DNA of 64,000 nucleotides from Nematostella vectensis (Eukaryota): NCBI RefSeq assembly GCF_932526225.1, contig NC_064047.1, positions 1,817,027 to 1,881,026 of the forward strand, read 5' to 3'. Shown piece by piece: positions 45,719 to 59,047 of this stretch (position 1 is its first letter; each line of letters starts with the position of its first letter). The notes under the pieces were generated by a model. It saw only the letters and a program-made list of their open reading frames with translations, ran no database searches and was not told where the DNA came from. The position numbers and the translations under genes were made by a program.

Positions 45719-45790
45719 GGTGGGTGGGTGGGGGTGCCATCGCACCTCCTGCACCACCCCCCCCCCCCCTCCTTCCCTCTGGGTACGGGC
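45655..45790. repeat. (GT)n-(G)n ... (C)n simple repeats in MMP intron 3
   Basis: Direct reading: gtgtgtgtgtgtgtgggggggggggggg…ccccccccccc. Confidence 0.9.
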
Positions 45791-46054
45791 CTGGGAACAA
45801 GTAACGTTCCGTTTCATGTTTTCTCATTCTTTCACGATTAAGTTTAATTCGCCTTTATTCCCGGACTTGCGCCTTTATTCCCGGACTTGCGCTGACGCCT
45901 CCATAGACAACAAGCCTTTATTGACATTATAAGAAGTCCGTACAATACAACACCAATGCTCGAAGAGGGAGCGGTCATTGCGTGCTCTTTTGCGCAGTTA
46001 AAAGCATTAAGAAATCCTTAGGCTCTCAAGCATAATATTTCACCCTCGTTTTAG

Positions 46055-46371
46055 TTTCGGCTCCGGAGCTCACATGGGCACCCATGTAGAGTCTCAGTGC
46101 CCCTTCGACTTCGACGGTCCCGGGAAAGTCCTCGCCCACGCCTACTTCCCCTCAGATGGGCGTGCCCACTTTGACGAGGACGAGACCTTCACCCATGGGA
46201 CCTCATCTGGGATCAACCTCATGTGGGTGGCGGCGCATGAATTCGGACACTCCCTGGGTCTTGGACACTCTAATGTTCAGGGCGCCCTTATGTATCCCTA
46301 CTACACGGGGTATAAACCGGACATGAAGCTCCACGCGGACGACATCGCTGGAATACAGCACCTTTATGGCG
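46055..46371 (+). CDS. MMP exon 4: catalytic zinc site ([106 protein letters not shown]-)
   Basis: The [12 protein letters not shown] (HExxHxxGxxH) zinc-binding motif and an ALMYP Met-turn are present. Acceptor gttttag| and donor G|GTAAGT. Confidence 0.9.
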
Positions 46372-46754
46372 GTAAGTGAATCGAGACTTATTTTCTTTCC
46401 AAATAAATTGGTTATCGCAAAAGCTTTACCTTGGTAAATTCTAAGCTTTTCCGACGGATAACACTCCTCTCAGAAAAATTTGAAACAGGAATATTGCTCG
46501 CGCAAATCGATGAAGCTTGCAATACTTGCGTAACGTAAAACAACATACTCGGGATCTCTCATGTGCTCGCCAACGCGACCAAGCTGCATTTTTAAGCGCG
46601 TCTAGATCTTTAAAAAAATCATTTTTTATTGCATTCTTAGGACAGAAGTATTGACACCGTGTCAATTTACGAGAAGAGATGAGTTTAATCCCCCCACCTC
46701 TAAACTCACTTTGATAATAACGATTTATAGTCATATATTATATTTCTTCCTCAG

Positions 46755-46820
46755 GCCCCACGGGTGGAGGCGGAGGCGAGGTCACTGATGCTCCTGTGGT
46801 TCCACCAACTGCCAATCCCA
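46755..46820 (+). CDS. MMP exon 5: Gly/Pro linker (G PTGGGGEVTDAPVVPPTANP-)
   Basis: Acceptor tcttcctcag| and donor A|GTAAGT, with consistent phase. Confidence 0.6.
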
Positions 46821-47069
46821 GTAAGTGTCCAGGTCACCAGATGAATGTGTGATATCGTTCCTAAGGTTTGAAACACTTTGCCAAAAATGGTTTTTAATAA
46901 GCTTACCACTTGAAACTTTCTAAACTTACTTATTGTTATTTGAAAATGCGACACCGTAATATGATAATGATTGTGATATGTGCCCAATATTTTAAAAAAA
47001 TTATAAGGAATTGACACGTAGGGCGCGGCCGTGCCCCTTTCCCCATATTTGTCACAGTTCTGAGCCCCG

Positions 47070-47520
47070 TCCATACCTCCTAATAAATATTCGCCTATCT
47101 CAACACCCTAATAAATATTCGCCTATCTCAACACACTAAAAATATTCGCCTATCTCAACACCCTAATAAATATTCGCCTATCTCAACACACTAAAAATAT
47201 TCGCCTATCTCAACACCCTAATAAATATTCGCCTATCTCAACACCCTAATAAATATTCGCCTATCTCAACACCCTAATAAATATTCGCCTATCTCAACAC
47301 CCTAATAAATATTCGCCTATCTCAACACCCTAATAAATATTCGCCTATCTCAACACCCTAATAAATATTCGCCTATCTCAACACCCTAATAAATATTCGC
47401 CTATCTCAACACCCTAATAAATATTCGCCTATCTCAACACCCTAATAAATATTCGCCTATCTCAACACCCTAATAAATATTCGCCTATCTCAACACCCTA
47501 ATAAATATTCGCCTATCTCA
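47070..47520. repeat. 28-bp minisatellite (CTAATAAATATTCGCCTATCTCAACACC), about 16 copies, ending 25 bp before the ShKT exon acceptor
   Basis: Direct reading. Confidence 0.9.
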
Positions 47521-47548
47521 ACACCATTGTCTCGTGTATTCTCCAAAG

Positions 47549-47661
47549 ACTGCAGAGACCGTTTGGACAGACCATGTGCTCCTTATAAGGACGCGGGGTA
47601 TTGCAGCACGTACCCAGATAACATGAAGTACTGGTGTGCTAGGACATGCAAGTTCTGCTAA
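47549..47661 (+). CDS. MMP terminal exon: ShK-toxin-like (ShKT) domain (N CRDRLDRPCAPYKDAGYCSTYPDNMKYWCARTCKFC*)
   Basis: The six-cysteine pattern C-x8-C-x8-C-x11-C-x2-TC-x2-C matches an ShKT domain. It joins in phase 1 to the linker exon. Stop TAA at 47659-61. Confidence 0.75.
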
Positions 47662-47679
47662 AATGGTAATAACCCCTTC

Positions 47680-48400
47680 CACACACACCATGAACAAAAA
47701 ACCATACATACAGCCTAAAGACAGAATACCACCCATCCCCACCCCTCCCACACACATCCAGCACAAGACCCCTTACATACAAGCCTACAGATAGAATACC
47801 ACCACCCCCACCCCTCCCACACACATCCAGCACAAGACCCCTTACATACAAGCCTACAGATAGAATACCACCACCCCCACCCCTCCCACACACATCCAGC
47901 ACAAGACCCCTTACATACAAGCCTACAGATAGAATACCACCCATCCCCACCCCTCCCACACACATCCAGCACAAGACCCCTTACATACAAGCCTACAGAT
48001 AGAATACCACCACCCCCACCCCTCCCACACACATCCAGCACAAGACCCCTTACATACAAGCCTACAGATAGAATACCACCACCCCCACTCCTCCCACACA
48101 CATCAAGCACAAGACCCCTTACATACAAGCCTACAGATAGAATACCACCACCCCCACCCCTCCCACACACATCCAGCACAAGACCCCTTACATACAAGCC
48201 TACAGACAGAATACCACCCACCCCCACCCCTCCCACACACATCCAGCACAAGACCCCTTACATACAAGCCTACAGATAGAATACCACCCATCCCCACCCC
48301 TCCCACACACATCCAGCACAAGACCCCTTACATACAAGCCTACAGATAGAATACCACCCATCCCCACCCCTCTCACACACATCTAGCACAAGACCCCTTA
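47680..48400. repeat. 76-bp CA/C-rich minisatellite, about 9 copies, immediately 3' of the MMP stop codon
   Basis: Direct reading. The six-frame ORFs through it are artefacts. Confidence 0.9.
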
Positions 48401-49539
48401 ATGACCTTTACCCTAGCCCTAACTGTAGTATTGGGCTACCTGTAGTAGCAGAGGGACTAGGGGGACTGGGGCGAAGTAAGATGGCGGCCTCCTAGAGCGA
48501 TCGGACTACGATTGTATGGTAGCACCTTAGAGTATCTTAGACACAATAAACGTCTTACTACACTAACCCTTACTGAACAAGATCCCGCGCCCTCCCAACA
48601 CAAACCATATAACCCCCCCCCCCCCCCCCTCACTACACCTACAGCCTACAGGCAGAACCCGACACGAAGTACTGGCTGCTAAACTCTTAAAGGCCCTCCT
48701 TTCTTTGCACTGCCTGCACCGCCACATCCCACACAAAAAAACTGTTCCTTTCTCAGACACTTCGACAGTGAAAATGTAACTTGCTGGTTAATTTGCAAAC
48801 TTTACCAATTAATGCGTGTGCATTCTTTTTTCTTTACAGATTTCCAGGAATTGCGTACAATTTTACACTTTTGATGTGTATGACGAAATAAAGTTGCAGA
48901 GTAAATATTATCCATTTTGTACTTGTATTTTTTTTTACAAATTAGTTTTTTCTTTATTTTGTCATTTTGTGTTCAGATCATTATATGAAAAAAGCGCAAT
49001 ATAAATTAATAAATTATTATTATTATTATTATTAACATAACACAGTATCTTTTCGTTTCGTTCTAGCTTGTTCTTATATAAAATGCTTTTCTTATCATAT
49101 ATTTGGTATTTATTTAAAAATATAAAAATGCACTACTTTTCAGTTTTGGGGAAACCTTTGTGTGAAAAAACGGTTGCCATGGTAACATGGGGCGTCTGCT
49201 TGACATGTCAATGGCATCAAAACGTCCTCAGATACATTTTAGGAAAAGTCACCAAGTTTTAGCCTCTCAGCTGCTATGGTCCAGAAGTTACAGTTATTTT
49301 CCCGGAGGGGTGGCTTAAAGACCCCCCCCCCCCCCCCCCCACCACCACCACCACCAATTCTGAATAGAATTTTCAGCGTTTTAAGAACGGCTCAGGTAAA
49401 CGGTCTTACAGATAGAGTGAATTTTCCTCCCTATCCTCCTCCTAAAGGTTGTATGTTGTAGAATTAATAAGAAAGAAAGTGATTATAAGATATTAGAAAG
49501 TGATTATAAGATATTACAAAGTGATTATCAGATATTTGA

Positions 49540-51600
49540 AGACCCTTACCACCCATACAGTCCACAGAAAATATCACCCCTCCCCCTACCACAAAAACCA
49601 TACACGGAGAACCTTACCACCCATACAGTCCACAGACAATATCACCCCCTCCCCCTACCACACAAACCATTCACAAAGACACTTACCACCCATACAGTCC
49701 ACAGACAATATCACCCCCTCCCCCTACCACACAAACCATTCACAAAGACCCTTACCACCCATACAGTCTACAGACAATATCACCCCCTCCCCCTACCACA
49801 CAAACCATACACGAAGATCCTTTCTTTTTCACTACAATATAGACACAGACAGACGACACCCCATTTTACCATACTCCCCCTGTCACACACTTACCCCTTA
49901 CTAAACGTACAGCCTACAGACACAAAATACACTCTGTTCCTTTCACAGACACACATCCCACATACACAAAACACACTCTGTTCCTTCCACAGACACACAT
50001 CCCACATACACAAAACACACTCTGTTCCTTCCACAGACACACATCCCACATACACAAAACGCACTCTGTTCCTTCCACAGACACACATCCCACATACACA
50101 AAACACACTCTGTTCCTTCCACAGACACACATCCCACATACACAAAACGCACTCTGTTCCTTCCACAGACACACATCCCACATACACAAAACACACTCTG
50201 TTTCTTCCACAGACACACATCCCATATACACAAAACGCACTCTGTTCCTTCCACAGACACACATCCCACATACACAAAACACACTCTGTTTCTTCCACAG
50301 ACACACATCCCATATACACAAAACGCACTCTGTTCCTTCCACAGACACACAGACACACATCCCACATACACAAAACACACTCTGTTCCTTCCACAAACAC
50401 ACATCCCACATACACAAAACACACTCTGTTCCTTCCACAGACACACATCCCACATACACAAAACGCACTCTGTTCCTTTCACAGACACACATCCCACATA
50501 CACAAAACACACTCTGTTCCTTCCACAAACACACATCCCACATACACAAAACGCACTCTGTTCCTTCCACAGACACACATCCCACATACACAAAACGCAC
50601 TCTGTTCCTTCCACAGACACACATCCCACATACACAAAACGCACTCTGTTCCTTTCACAGACACACATCCAACATACACAAAACGCACTCTGTTCCTTCC
50701 ACAGACACACATCCCACATACACACAGACACACATCCCACATACACAAAACGCACTCTTTCCTTCCACAGACACACATCCCACATACACAAAACGCACTC
50801 TGTTCCTTCCACAGACACACATCCCACATACACAAAACACACTCTGTTTCTTCCACAGACACACATCCCACATACACAAAACGCACTCTGTTCCTTTCAC
50901 AGACACACATCCCACATACACAAAACACACTCTGTTCCTTCCACAAACACACATCCCACATACACAAAACGCACTCTGTTCCTTCCACAGACACACATCC
51001 CACATACACAAAACGCACTCTGTTCCTTCCACAGACACACATCCCACATACACAAAACGCACTCTGTTCCTTTCACAGACACACATCCAACATACACAAA
51101 ACGCACTCTGTTCCTTCCACAGACACACATCCCACATACACACAGACACACATCCCACATACACAAAACGCACTCTTTCCTTCCACAGACACACATCCCA
51201 CATACACAAAACGCACTCTGTTCCTTCCACAGACACACATCCCACATACACAAAACACACTCTGTTTCTTCCACAGACACACATCCCATATACACAAAAC
51301 GCACTCTGTTCCTTCCACAGACACACATCCCACATACACACAGACACACATCCCACATACACTAAACGCACTCTGTTCCTTTCACAGACACACATCCCAC
51401 ATACACAAAACGCACTCTGTTCCTTCCACAGACACACATCCAATATACACAAAACGCACTCTGTTCCTTCCACAGACACACATCCCAATACACAAAACAC
51501 ACTCTGTTCCTTCCACAGACACACATCCCACATACACAAAACACACTCTGTTCCTTCCACAGACACGCATCCCACATACACAAAAGGCTAGTTCATCTGC
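49540..51600. repeat. CA/C-rich satellite block: about 60-bp units at 49540-49800, then about 52-bp units (CACACATCCCACATACACAAAACGCACTCTGTTCCTTCCACAGA), about 32 copies
   Basis: Direct reading. The long minus-strand ORFs (C/V/G-rich) are translation artefacts. Confidence 0.9.
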
Positions 51601-54600
51601 CCTGTACAACCAAACCTGATAAACGTGTATATTTCTACCAGCCCCTGCAGATGTCCAAGAGTTGCGTACAATCTACCATTCTGATGTATATGACAAAATA
51701 AATCCGCAGAATAAATATTATCCATTTTGTATTTGTATTTTCTAACAAATTAGTTTCTTTTTATTACAGCAATCAATCTTAACACAGGCAGCCCCAACAT
51801 TATACGTATATAGTATACGTATAATATATGTTCCTTCCAGAGACATATATTATATGTTTTGCGCGACCCTAAGATTCCAAAAATCCCATTGTTTTGGAAT
51901 AGCACGTACAAAACTTGATTGGCTACCCGGGACTGCCCGTATTAGCGAGAGATACTCCTTGTAATTTCTTTGTGTTTCTGTCGCCGGGAATTGTATTTCT
52001 GTCCGTTAAAACGGGGTGTCCCTAGAAGCGGGGTGTAACAGCGAAGTATACTAAGTATTATCGTTATACTTCATGTCGTCGAGGATTTTATCCTGCCTGT
52101 AATAACGGAGTATCTTTAAGACCGGTTTTTCCGTAATAACAAGACATCTTAATTATCAATTCCTTAGTATTTTAGTAGACGGAGATTGTATTTCTGCCCG
52201 TAATAGTCAGGTGCCCAAACAGCCGAATGTCCACAAGGCGAGTGTTGACTGTGTGTGCGGTGGCGGTTATTTGAGTGGACTTTCAATTCCTGTTATGACC
52301 TAAGCCACCACATCTGTCTATAACATAAAAATGTCGGCAGGGAAACAGCGAGCATTAAACGAAATGAAATTACCGACAAGAAGTCATTAACTGCCTTAAT
52401 CACCCGAACACATGGCGAAAAGATTTGCCTTGAACACATATATTAGCTTGGAAGCCGCTAGGACCTTTAAGCGGAATCTTTAGCAGTAAGAACAAGTCTG
52501 TTATTTCAGCCTTCGTGTCGGTAGTTTACACTCGCCACTATCGGTTTTGTGCGAGACTCGTTTGTTTTCGCTCTATTTCAGTGTTATTTTTACTGTGTGT
52601 GGGCAGTTGGCGATTCAAGGTGAGTGAGTGTTAGCTGTTCTCAGTAAATTTGCAGGTTTTGTGCTAATTTGAAAATGTTTGATCAATACCAGGTGAAAAA
52701 TTTACGGATATATCAGAATGCTGATATAATACTTAAAATCTATAAAGAAAACATTGAGCTTATACTATTTGTTATAGAATAATATACGCGTTCTTTAGCG
52801 AGCTAAAGCCTTGGTTGGAAGTTAATAAAATCACAACAGAATAGACATTTGCGTCTGTGAGAAAATGACAAAATTCTCAAAATCTACGAACTGTGCATTT
52901 TACGGGCCGTAATGGCCCTGAATTATCGCTAGATTTCTGAATTTTGTCAAAAAATACGACACTTGCTTTATCAAATTGTTTTTCTAGAAATCTTGATGTA
53001 ATCACAAACGCTTTTCACTTTTTCTCTTGTTCCCCCCAAAAAGAATTACTCATTTTTTATTATTGATAGCATTATTATTATCTGTCACACGAGGCGACCA
53101 ACAGAAAACTAATAGACAACTCATGCAATTTTAAAGTTGTTTACAATCTTGTTGCTCGCCGAATGGTTTAATTTTTTAAAAGCTCGCTTCTCCCGCATGA
53201 CGCCGAAAAGTCAAAAGCGTTCGCGCATTTTCGAAATAATAATACAATACTCACCCAAGCATAGGGAATTCGATTCTGCACCCCTAATCTCAAACTTAAA
53301 TTCCATCGCTGTTGGATGCTCCCGCAGCCATAAGACAGCCATAAGAACTCAATGCTTTAAGTGTCTCGAAACACAGTTTATTAATGTCCTCAGCATAATT
53401 TCGTAAGCGTCTTTGAAATGATTTCGGTAAGAAAGCATTTGTATTTTCTTATATACTTATACGTTAAATTTTTTTAGAACTAAATAACTTTTAGAACTAA
53501 AGAACTTACTTGGGGAAAATGCCGAAAGTGCTATCCAAGAAAGCATTGCTATCTTTTATATTCTTTATACCTTTATATACTTTATACCTTTAAAACCTGT
53601 ATAAGAACTTGCTGGGGAAAATGCCAAAGAGCTATCCTTTTATGAATGCTATGATATGGATACTGTAATATACCTGTTTTTGGTAGGTTTTGATCACATT
53701 TATGCCAGTGAAAAAAAACAAGTTTTAAGTGTATAGGACCAGCTTGAAGCCGCTTTTGCAAGCATTTTGGTCTTATATAGATCCGTCTTATTAAGACAAC
53801 TAAAAAGCTTGTAACAACAAAAACTAAAAAACTAAAAAAAGCTGTAAAAGCTTGTAGGGTGTGGAGCCACCATCAAGGTTCGACAAAACAGGGCGTGACT
53901 AACTAAACCGCTATCGTAAACAGCTTTAGATTAAGTTATAGATTCCACGGCAATTCATAAATACCTGTTTGAGATAAATCCCTTACGGGGTCAATGTATA
54001 TAAGAGATATAACAAATTGTTTAGCGCCAAATGCGAGGGGACGAGCGGGCAATCTCGTGAAGTTGATCCATGTGACGATGATCGCGTCTGATAGGGCTTA
54101 TCTGTGCCGTGATTGGCGGTCTAGCCCTTATACATCTGGTATTTAAGAGCGATTATAAACTCTGCGATCAACAAAATGGTAAATGCCGTCAGTAATGGTC
54201 AACCCAAACGCTACCGACTCTCACAGCACTCATAAAAAAAAAAAAAAAAAAAACTCCCAACACTTGCAGTGCATTTGGAAATTCTCGAAACAGCAACCTT
54301 TTATCCACACCTTTCAAATCGTTTGCAACGATATGTTTGGATGCTAGCGACTCTTTCCGATCATCACACATTGTGCAGTACGTCAGTACATGACGTCATG
54401 CATACGTCAATCATAACCCTTTCACCACTCTTACGCATCGCCGATATCAGGTTCGCGCAGTGCATTGTGTAACTGATGGTTCGCCGCTGCACTGTGGCGC
54501 GTTTGTGGTTATATGTGAAGCGACCGGTCACCGATTATAGGCGGCCTCTCTTTACTCAGATTTAGATGGGCCTTTAATTCGAACCAGAATCCTATCTGGC

Positions 54601-54732
54601 TTGATGAGATCTTACTTAGGGTCTCCAGTCTCTTGTGCGAATTCTCGCTAAGAAAAAAAACTGCTGTGTTTTCGCATAACGCATTGGGTGCCCACTAATG
54701 TTCGATTTTGCCCTGTCTTATGCTGCATTCAC

Positions 54733-54960
54733 ACCAAAACCATGGTTAGTTAAACAAGGTTTTTCGTTGCCTGATAGCTTGCCAGTTTCTAATTGTGTCG
54801 AATTCTTACTAGCTAAATGATCACTAAGTGACATGTCTACAGCACAGTCTATTCAGTTTTGTTCTTGGTTCTGTCCGCTCTTGGGAGATTGAAATTTAAA
54901 CCAGTTTAATTACCCCACCTTTAAACTGGTTTAGATACTGGTGTGAATGCGGTATAAGAA
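54733..54960 (+). repeat. Interspersed repeat family copy 2 (same family as 8368-8590)
   Basis: Called from pairwise similarity within the window. Confidence 0.6.
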
Positions 54961-57439
54961 GGATACAATCATAGGAGGTGGAGGGGGGGGGAGAAAGCGA
55001 CGGACGCCTGCCTATAAACGCCTGCGAGGGAGACTCTAAATCATACAACCGCGAAACAAATCGCCCAAAACGCCTTAATTAGCTCGCGTGAAATATGGCT
55101 GGCGAGGCGGCACGGTCAAAGAAGGACATTACCAACCTTTTAGACATTCCCACGACAATGTCATAACAGCCCGCCTTCATTTACGGTTCTTATAGAGCTT
55201 TGAGTGCCGACACAGGGAGACCAATTAGACGCTGGCGCAAAGTACTGAGCCTAGTTTTACTTGATCAGTACCCGTATGCGGAATCAAAGGTGAACACACG
55301 GATAGAAGTGCTGAGGCCTACTTGAGGTGGTTCAAGTGGAAGCTTGTTTCACCACATATTATTATCATTTGCGGGTATTTGTTTTCTCCATTATCGCGTA
55401 AGAGATAACAGCAATTATTTGAAGAGATGACGGATAATGATGTCGGACGAGGATCAAAAGCAATGATGAGCCGTAAGCTATCAAGTGTCGATTCACGTGA
55501 TAGCTACCGCGTGGCAGTCTTGAATTCATGGCATTATGGAATTCATAACTATCTAGATCTGAGCTTCTTCCGTACAATCTCTTTACAGCCTAAATAGGAG
55601 CGTTTAATGGATGCCACCATTTTATATAAAGAACAATGACAGACCTTAACATTAATCGATTTAATTAACAAATTCAATTTATTTTTTCATGTTAAGAATA
55701 ATAATCAACGCCGAACAAATCAAAACAATCCCAAAATTAATCGAGCACGATAATCATTAATTAGGAACTTGGGTGTTTAGCTGTCACAACAAGAGGCAAA
55801 CTGAGCGCGCGTAGACGAAATATGGAGCGCAGATGACAAATCTCAACGGGATCTTGTTATCCGCCCTAACAAAATGGGTCGTCACTTCGTGTTATCATCG
55901 CTCGAGTATTTTAATATGATGGTGACAATTCTTTTAATATAGCTTGTCGCTATTGACACGAGCTGTCTGCAGTCTTGAGACTCGTGAAACTATGGGCGAT
56001 GATAAGAGGCGATACTCGGCTAACGGCTCGAATTTGCGGAGGGTCAACAGTTCCGACTATTCATATTATCATGGAAGCCCGATACCTTTGACTCAGATCT
56101 CTCAAACCTTCATAACTCGAACAGGATTCAAATCTACACGTAAAAATTAAGTCATTTTAATCTTATACCTTGATAACTCAAACAGACAAGGCTTCCCGTC
56201 ATTGTGTCTTCTCACGGAATATAGAAAATAATAATTCTTGATAATGCGCACGGAAAGCGCATTCACCTCTCATAAGCGTAAGCTACAAAATGTCACAGCA
56301 CACGTAAAGGCACCCTGGCTCAAGAGTCTCTTCATTTCTTCTCTCTGTTTAGTCGTTGTCGCCGCTTCGCGGCTTGTGAGTAGTGAAACTTGGAGCCTCT
56401 GGAACCAGGTTAACATAAAGGTGACTAAAAATGCCAACTTTCGAGAATATTCAAATACGTAGTGCTTGTACTCAAAAGTCTATACTGGAGATGGGAAGGT
56501 ATCCACAACAGAGCTATTTTCTGTTGTCTCTCGTCGTGCGAAAGCCACTACGACGCGCTGTTTGGTCACACTCTGTGTATTGTTGTTGTCGGATTATCGC
56601 TCTCAGCTTGCGAAGGAAGTCACAACTCATCAGCGAAACCTCCTCGGGACGCTACGGGCAATTTGACGGAACGGCACCCGCTGATTGCCGGAAGTTGCAA
56701 GCGATGGGGAAATAGAAATGATATTGGACTGAGTAATATACTAGGGTGGATGGTAATAAAGAGACTGCATGTATTCGAGTTATTAAATCCACCATGTTTT
56801 CTAACTTCACAAAACGTAAAGTCGACGTAGAATCTGTCTGTTTTATTTCTATTATCTAAGATTGATTCGCTCGGCAGTATGACAACTTAGAATGTCTCCC
56901 GCAGATCTACATTTTATTACATCGAGTGTCTTTTAGAAAGATGACTCGATAATTATATTTTAGAATGAAATTCTTTGAGCAAAAAAGCGGTATTTCTTGC
57001 GTCATCAAACCCTGTTCGTGAGTAACGATTTTTTTTCTGCACAAACGTTTTCCTCAGGTAATGACGATGGTAACTATATAACTATTGCGTCTTTCCGGCA
57101 GTCTTGGCGCGTACTACCAAGGGCGACAGGAGGGGGTGTAATTTGTACTTTGTGTACTTTTGTCGGTGAAATTTTGCAGCTCCTGTTTGATCCTCTCTTG
57201 TTTTTCTCTCTCTTACTCTCATTACACCTCCTAGCTTAGTCCGTCCTTGCCACACAAATATACCTCTTGACAATAGCGTCAATACCCCAATACAAGGTTT
57301 TACTAAGGCAAAAGACGCACAATGTCATTATGTTAAAGCTAAAAATACTGTTCCTAGGAAATACCCCATTACCAGCTCAGCCAGACAATAAACGGCTCCA
57401 AAGTCAACATCTCGCTCTCTTGTTATTCCACGGTGCTAA

Positions 57440-57721
57440 ACGCATCGGCAGCTCTTTGTAATCAAACCCCAATGATCACGAGAACATATCTACTAGCCCC
57501 GAGCTACACAGCGCGGCTCGCTCGCCCAACAACCCGACGAGTGATGGAGTCGATTAATCTAATTATCACTCGTAATTGACCTAATCGGCGAGTGGGACTT
57601 GTGGAACGTCATCAGTCAGCACATCTGCTAGAGCGCTTTGCTGTAGTTTAGCCCATCGGCACAGCGGTGCAGGCCACATAACGGAAGATCACACGAAGAG
57701 AGAGAGCGAGCTCAATGTACA
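57440..57721 (+). promoter_or_regulatory. TBX20: TBX20 proximal promoter / 5'UTR region with a homeodomain-site cluster (gATTAATctAATTAtcactcgTAATTgaccTAATcgg) and a GC-rich stretch
   Basis: Lies directly upstream of the ATG at 57722. It contains four TAAT cores within 40 bp. The transcription start was not determined. Confidence 0.35.
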
Positions 57722-57848
57722 ATGCAAACCTTGGCAAGCTACAGTCCTACGCTCTCCTCGCGAGCGAATGCCTTCTCTGTTGATGCACTAATCAAAAGTA
57801 GAGAGACTTTGGATTCTGTGAGGCTCAAAAGAAAGCGGAGCCACCAAG
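57722..57848 (+). CDS. TBX20: TBX20 exon 1 (MQTLASYSPTLSSRANAFSVDALIKSRETLDSVRLKRKRSHQ-)
   Basis: The LSSRANAFS N-terminal motif is shared with vertebrate TBX20 (PQLSSRANAFSI). Donor G|GTAGTT. Confidence 0.8.
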
Positions 57849-58860
57849 GTAGTTCCGAAGTACTCTGTGTATCTTTAACGTTAAGAGCCTCAGTTGTTTT
57901 TGTTGTGTTGAGAGGAATTCGTCTTCGGTGGCCGGATGATTCTCGGTGTGTGATGTTCCGAGTTTAAACCATTAGTTGTTCGCAATGGTTTTATTCTTAA
58001 ATTAGAACTCTGTAAGATGGTTTATCGCGTTCGAATTACTCGGCACGGGTTATCGTGTTGTTTGACATGTAACACATTGTCTTTAGCTCAGAAAGGCACT
58101 TCATAGAAAATTATCCTTACAAATGCTGAGTTTCGAGACGAAGATCCGTTTTTGATACGCTGCTAAATATTATTTACGTTCTTAAATGAGTTCCATCGCG
58201 ATAATGATATATCTTGCCATATCTTGGCAAGCCCGGTCCACTCATTGATGAATTGAATTACTCTTTGTCTAAAACCCCAATACCCTGTTAATTACACACT
58301 CAATCATTTCCTAAAAAAAAAAAACTAAATAGTGTTGGCTGTATGTATAGGGTATGTATCATAGATTAACTGCTAATATCCTTAGCAATTATTAACCTAC
58401 GTAGTTTGACAAATTGGTGTCATCCGAAGATAAGGAGTGATTAGTGAAGTCCGAATTATACGGGTAGAACATTATGGATCTATTTAGTAATAGCTCCCAT
58501 GTCTGCTTTGTTCAGGGGCTGTGGTTCTTTGAGGGACCTGCCCTCTGTAATGGTATAAAAATGGACGCCGGATCGATGGAAGCCTACATACAATGCATTC
58601 ATAGGACCTTGTTTTAACAGACGCTCTCGATGTGCGCGGTGTCTGTTAGTATCCGTCCTTATTGCTTATTCTCCGAACAGATTCTTTTTTTCTTTAAGAA
58701 GTGTACGGAAGCCATGGCATCACAAGACCCGCCTGTCAGGGGAGGGATGGGGATGCCAAAAGTAAAAGTACCCCCTCCCCCATCTTCCTCTCCCATCCCA
58801 CCCAAACTATACGCTATAGGGTATAACACCTACTCCGATCGTTTGTATTTGTTCGTATAG

Positions 58861-59047
58861 AGGCTGAAGAAGAAACGAATCTGACGAGCCGATCTCTAGA
58901 TTCCTTACAAGCGATGCAGAGCCGAGTACCACCCGCGAGCACCTTCGGCAGCGAGTCAGATGGAATTCGGGTCGAGTTACAAATGCACGACTTGTGGCGA
59001 AGGTTTTACGAGCTTGGCACGGAGATGATAATTACAAAGGCGGGAAG
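58861..59047 (+). CDS. TBX20: TBX20 exon 2 ([62 protein letters not shown]-)
   Basis: [13 protein letters not shown] marks the start of the T-box. Acceptor ttcgtatag| and donor AG|GTAAGA. Confidence 0.85.

Noticed and set aside
47518-48382. Minus-strand ORFs (MCWMCVGGVG…) after the MMP stop
   Set aside because: Translation of the 76-bp satellite. They lie antisense to the MMP 3' region.
49891-51609. Overlapping minus-strand ORFs of 150-308 aa rich in C, V, G (MCVCGRNRV…)
   Set aside because: Periodic translation of the 52-bp CA-rich satellite. The identical peptide repeats at the satellite period and there is no splice or start support.
56238-56830. Cluster of 74-122-aa plus-strand ORFs upstream of TBX20
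   Set aside because: No splice signals, no recognisable domains and overlapping frames. They are more likely chance ORFs in a regulatory region.
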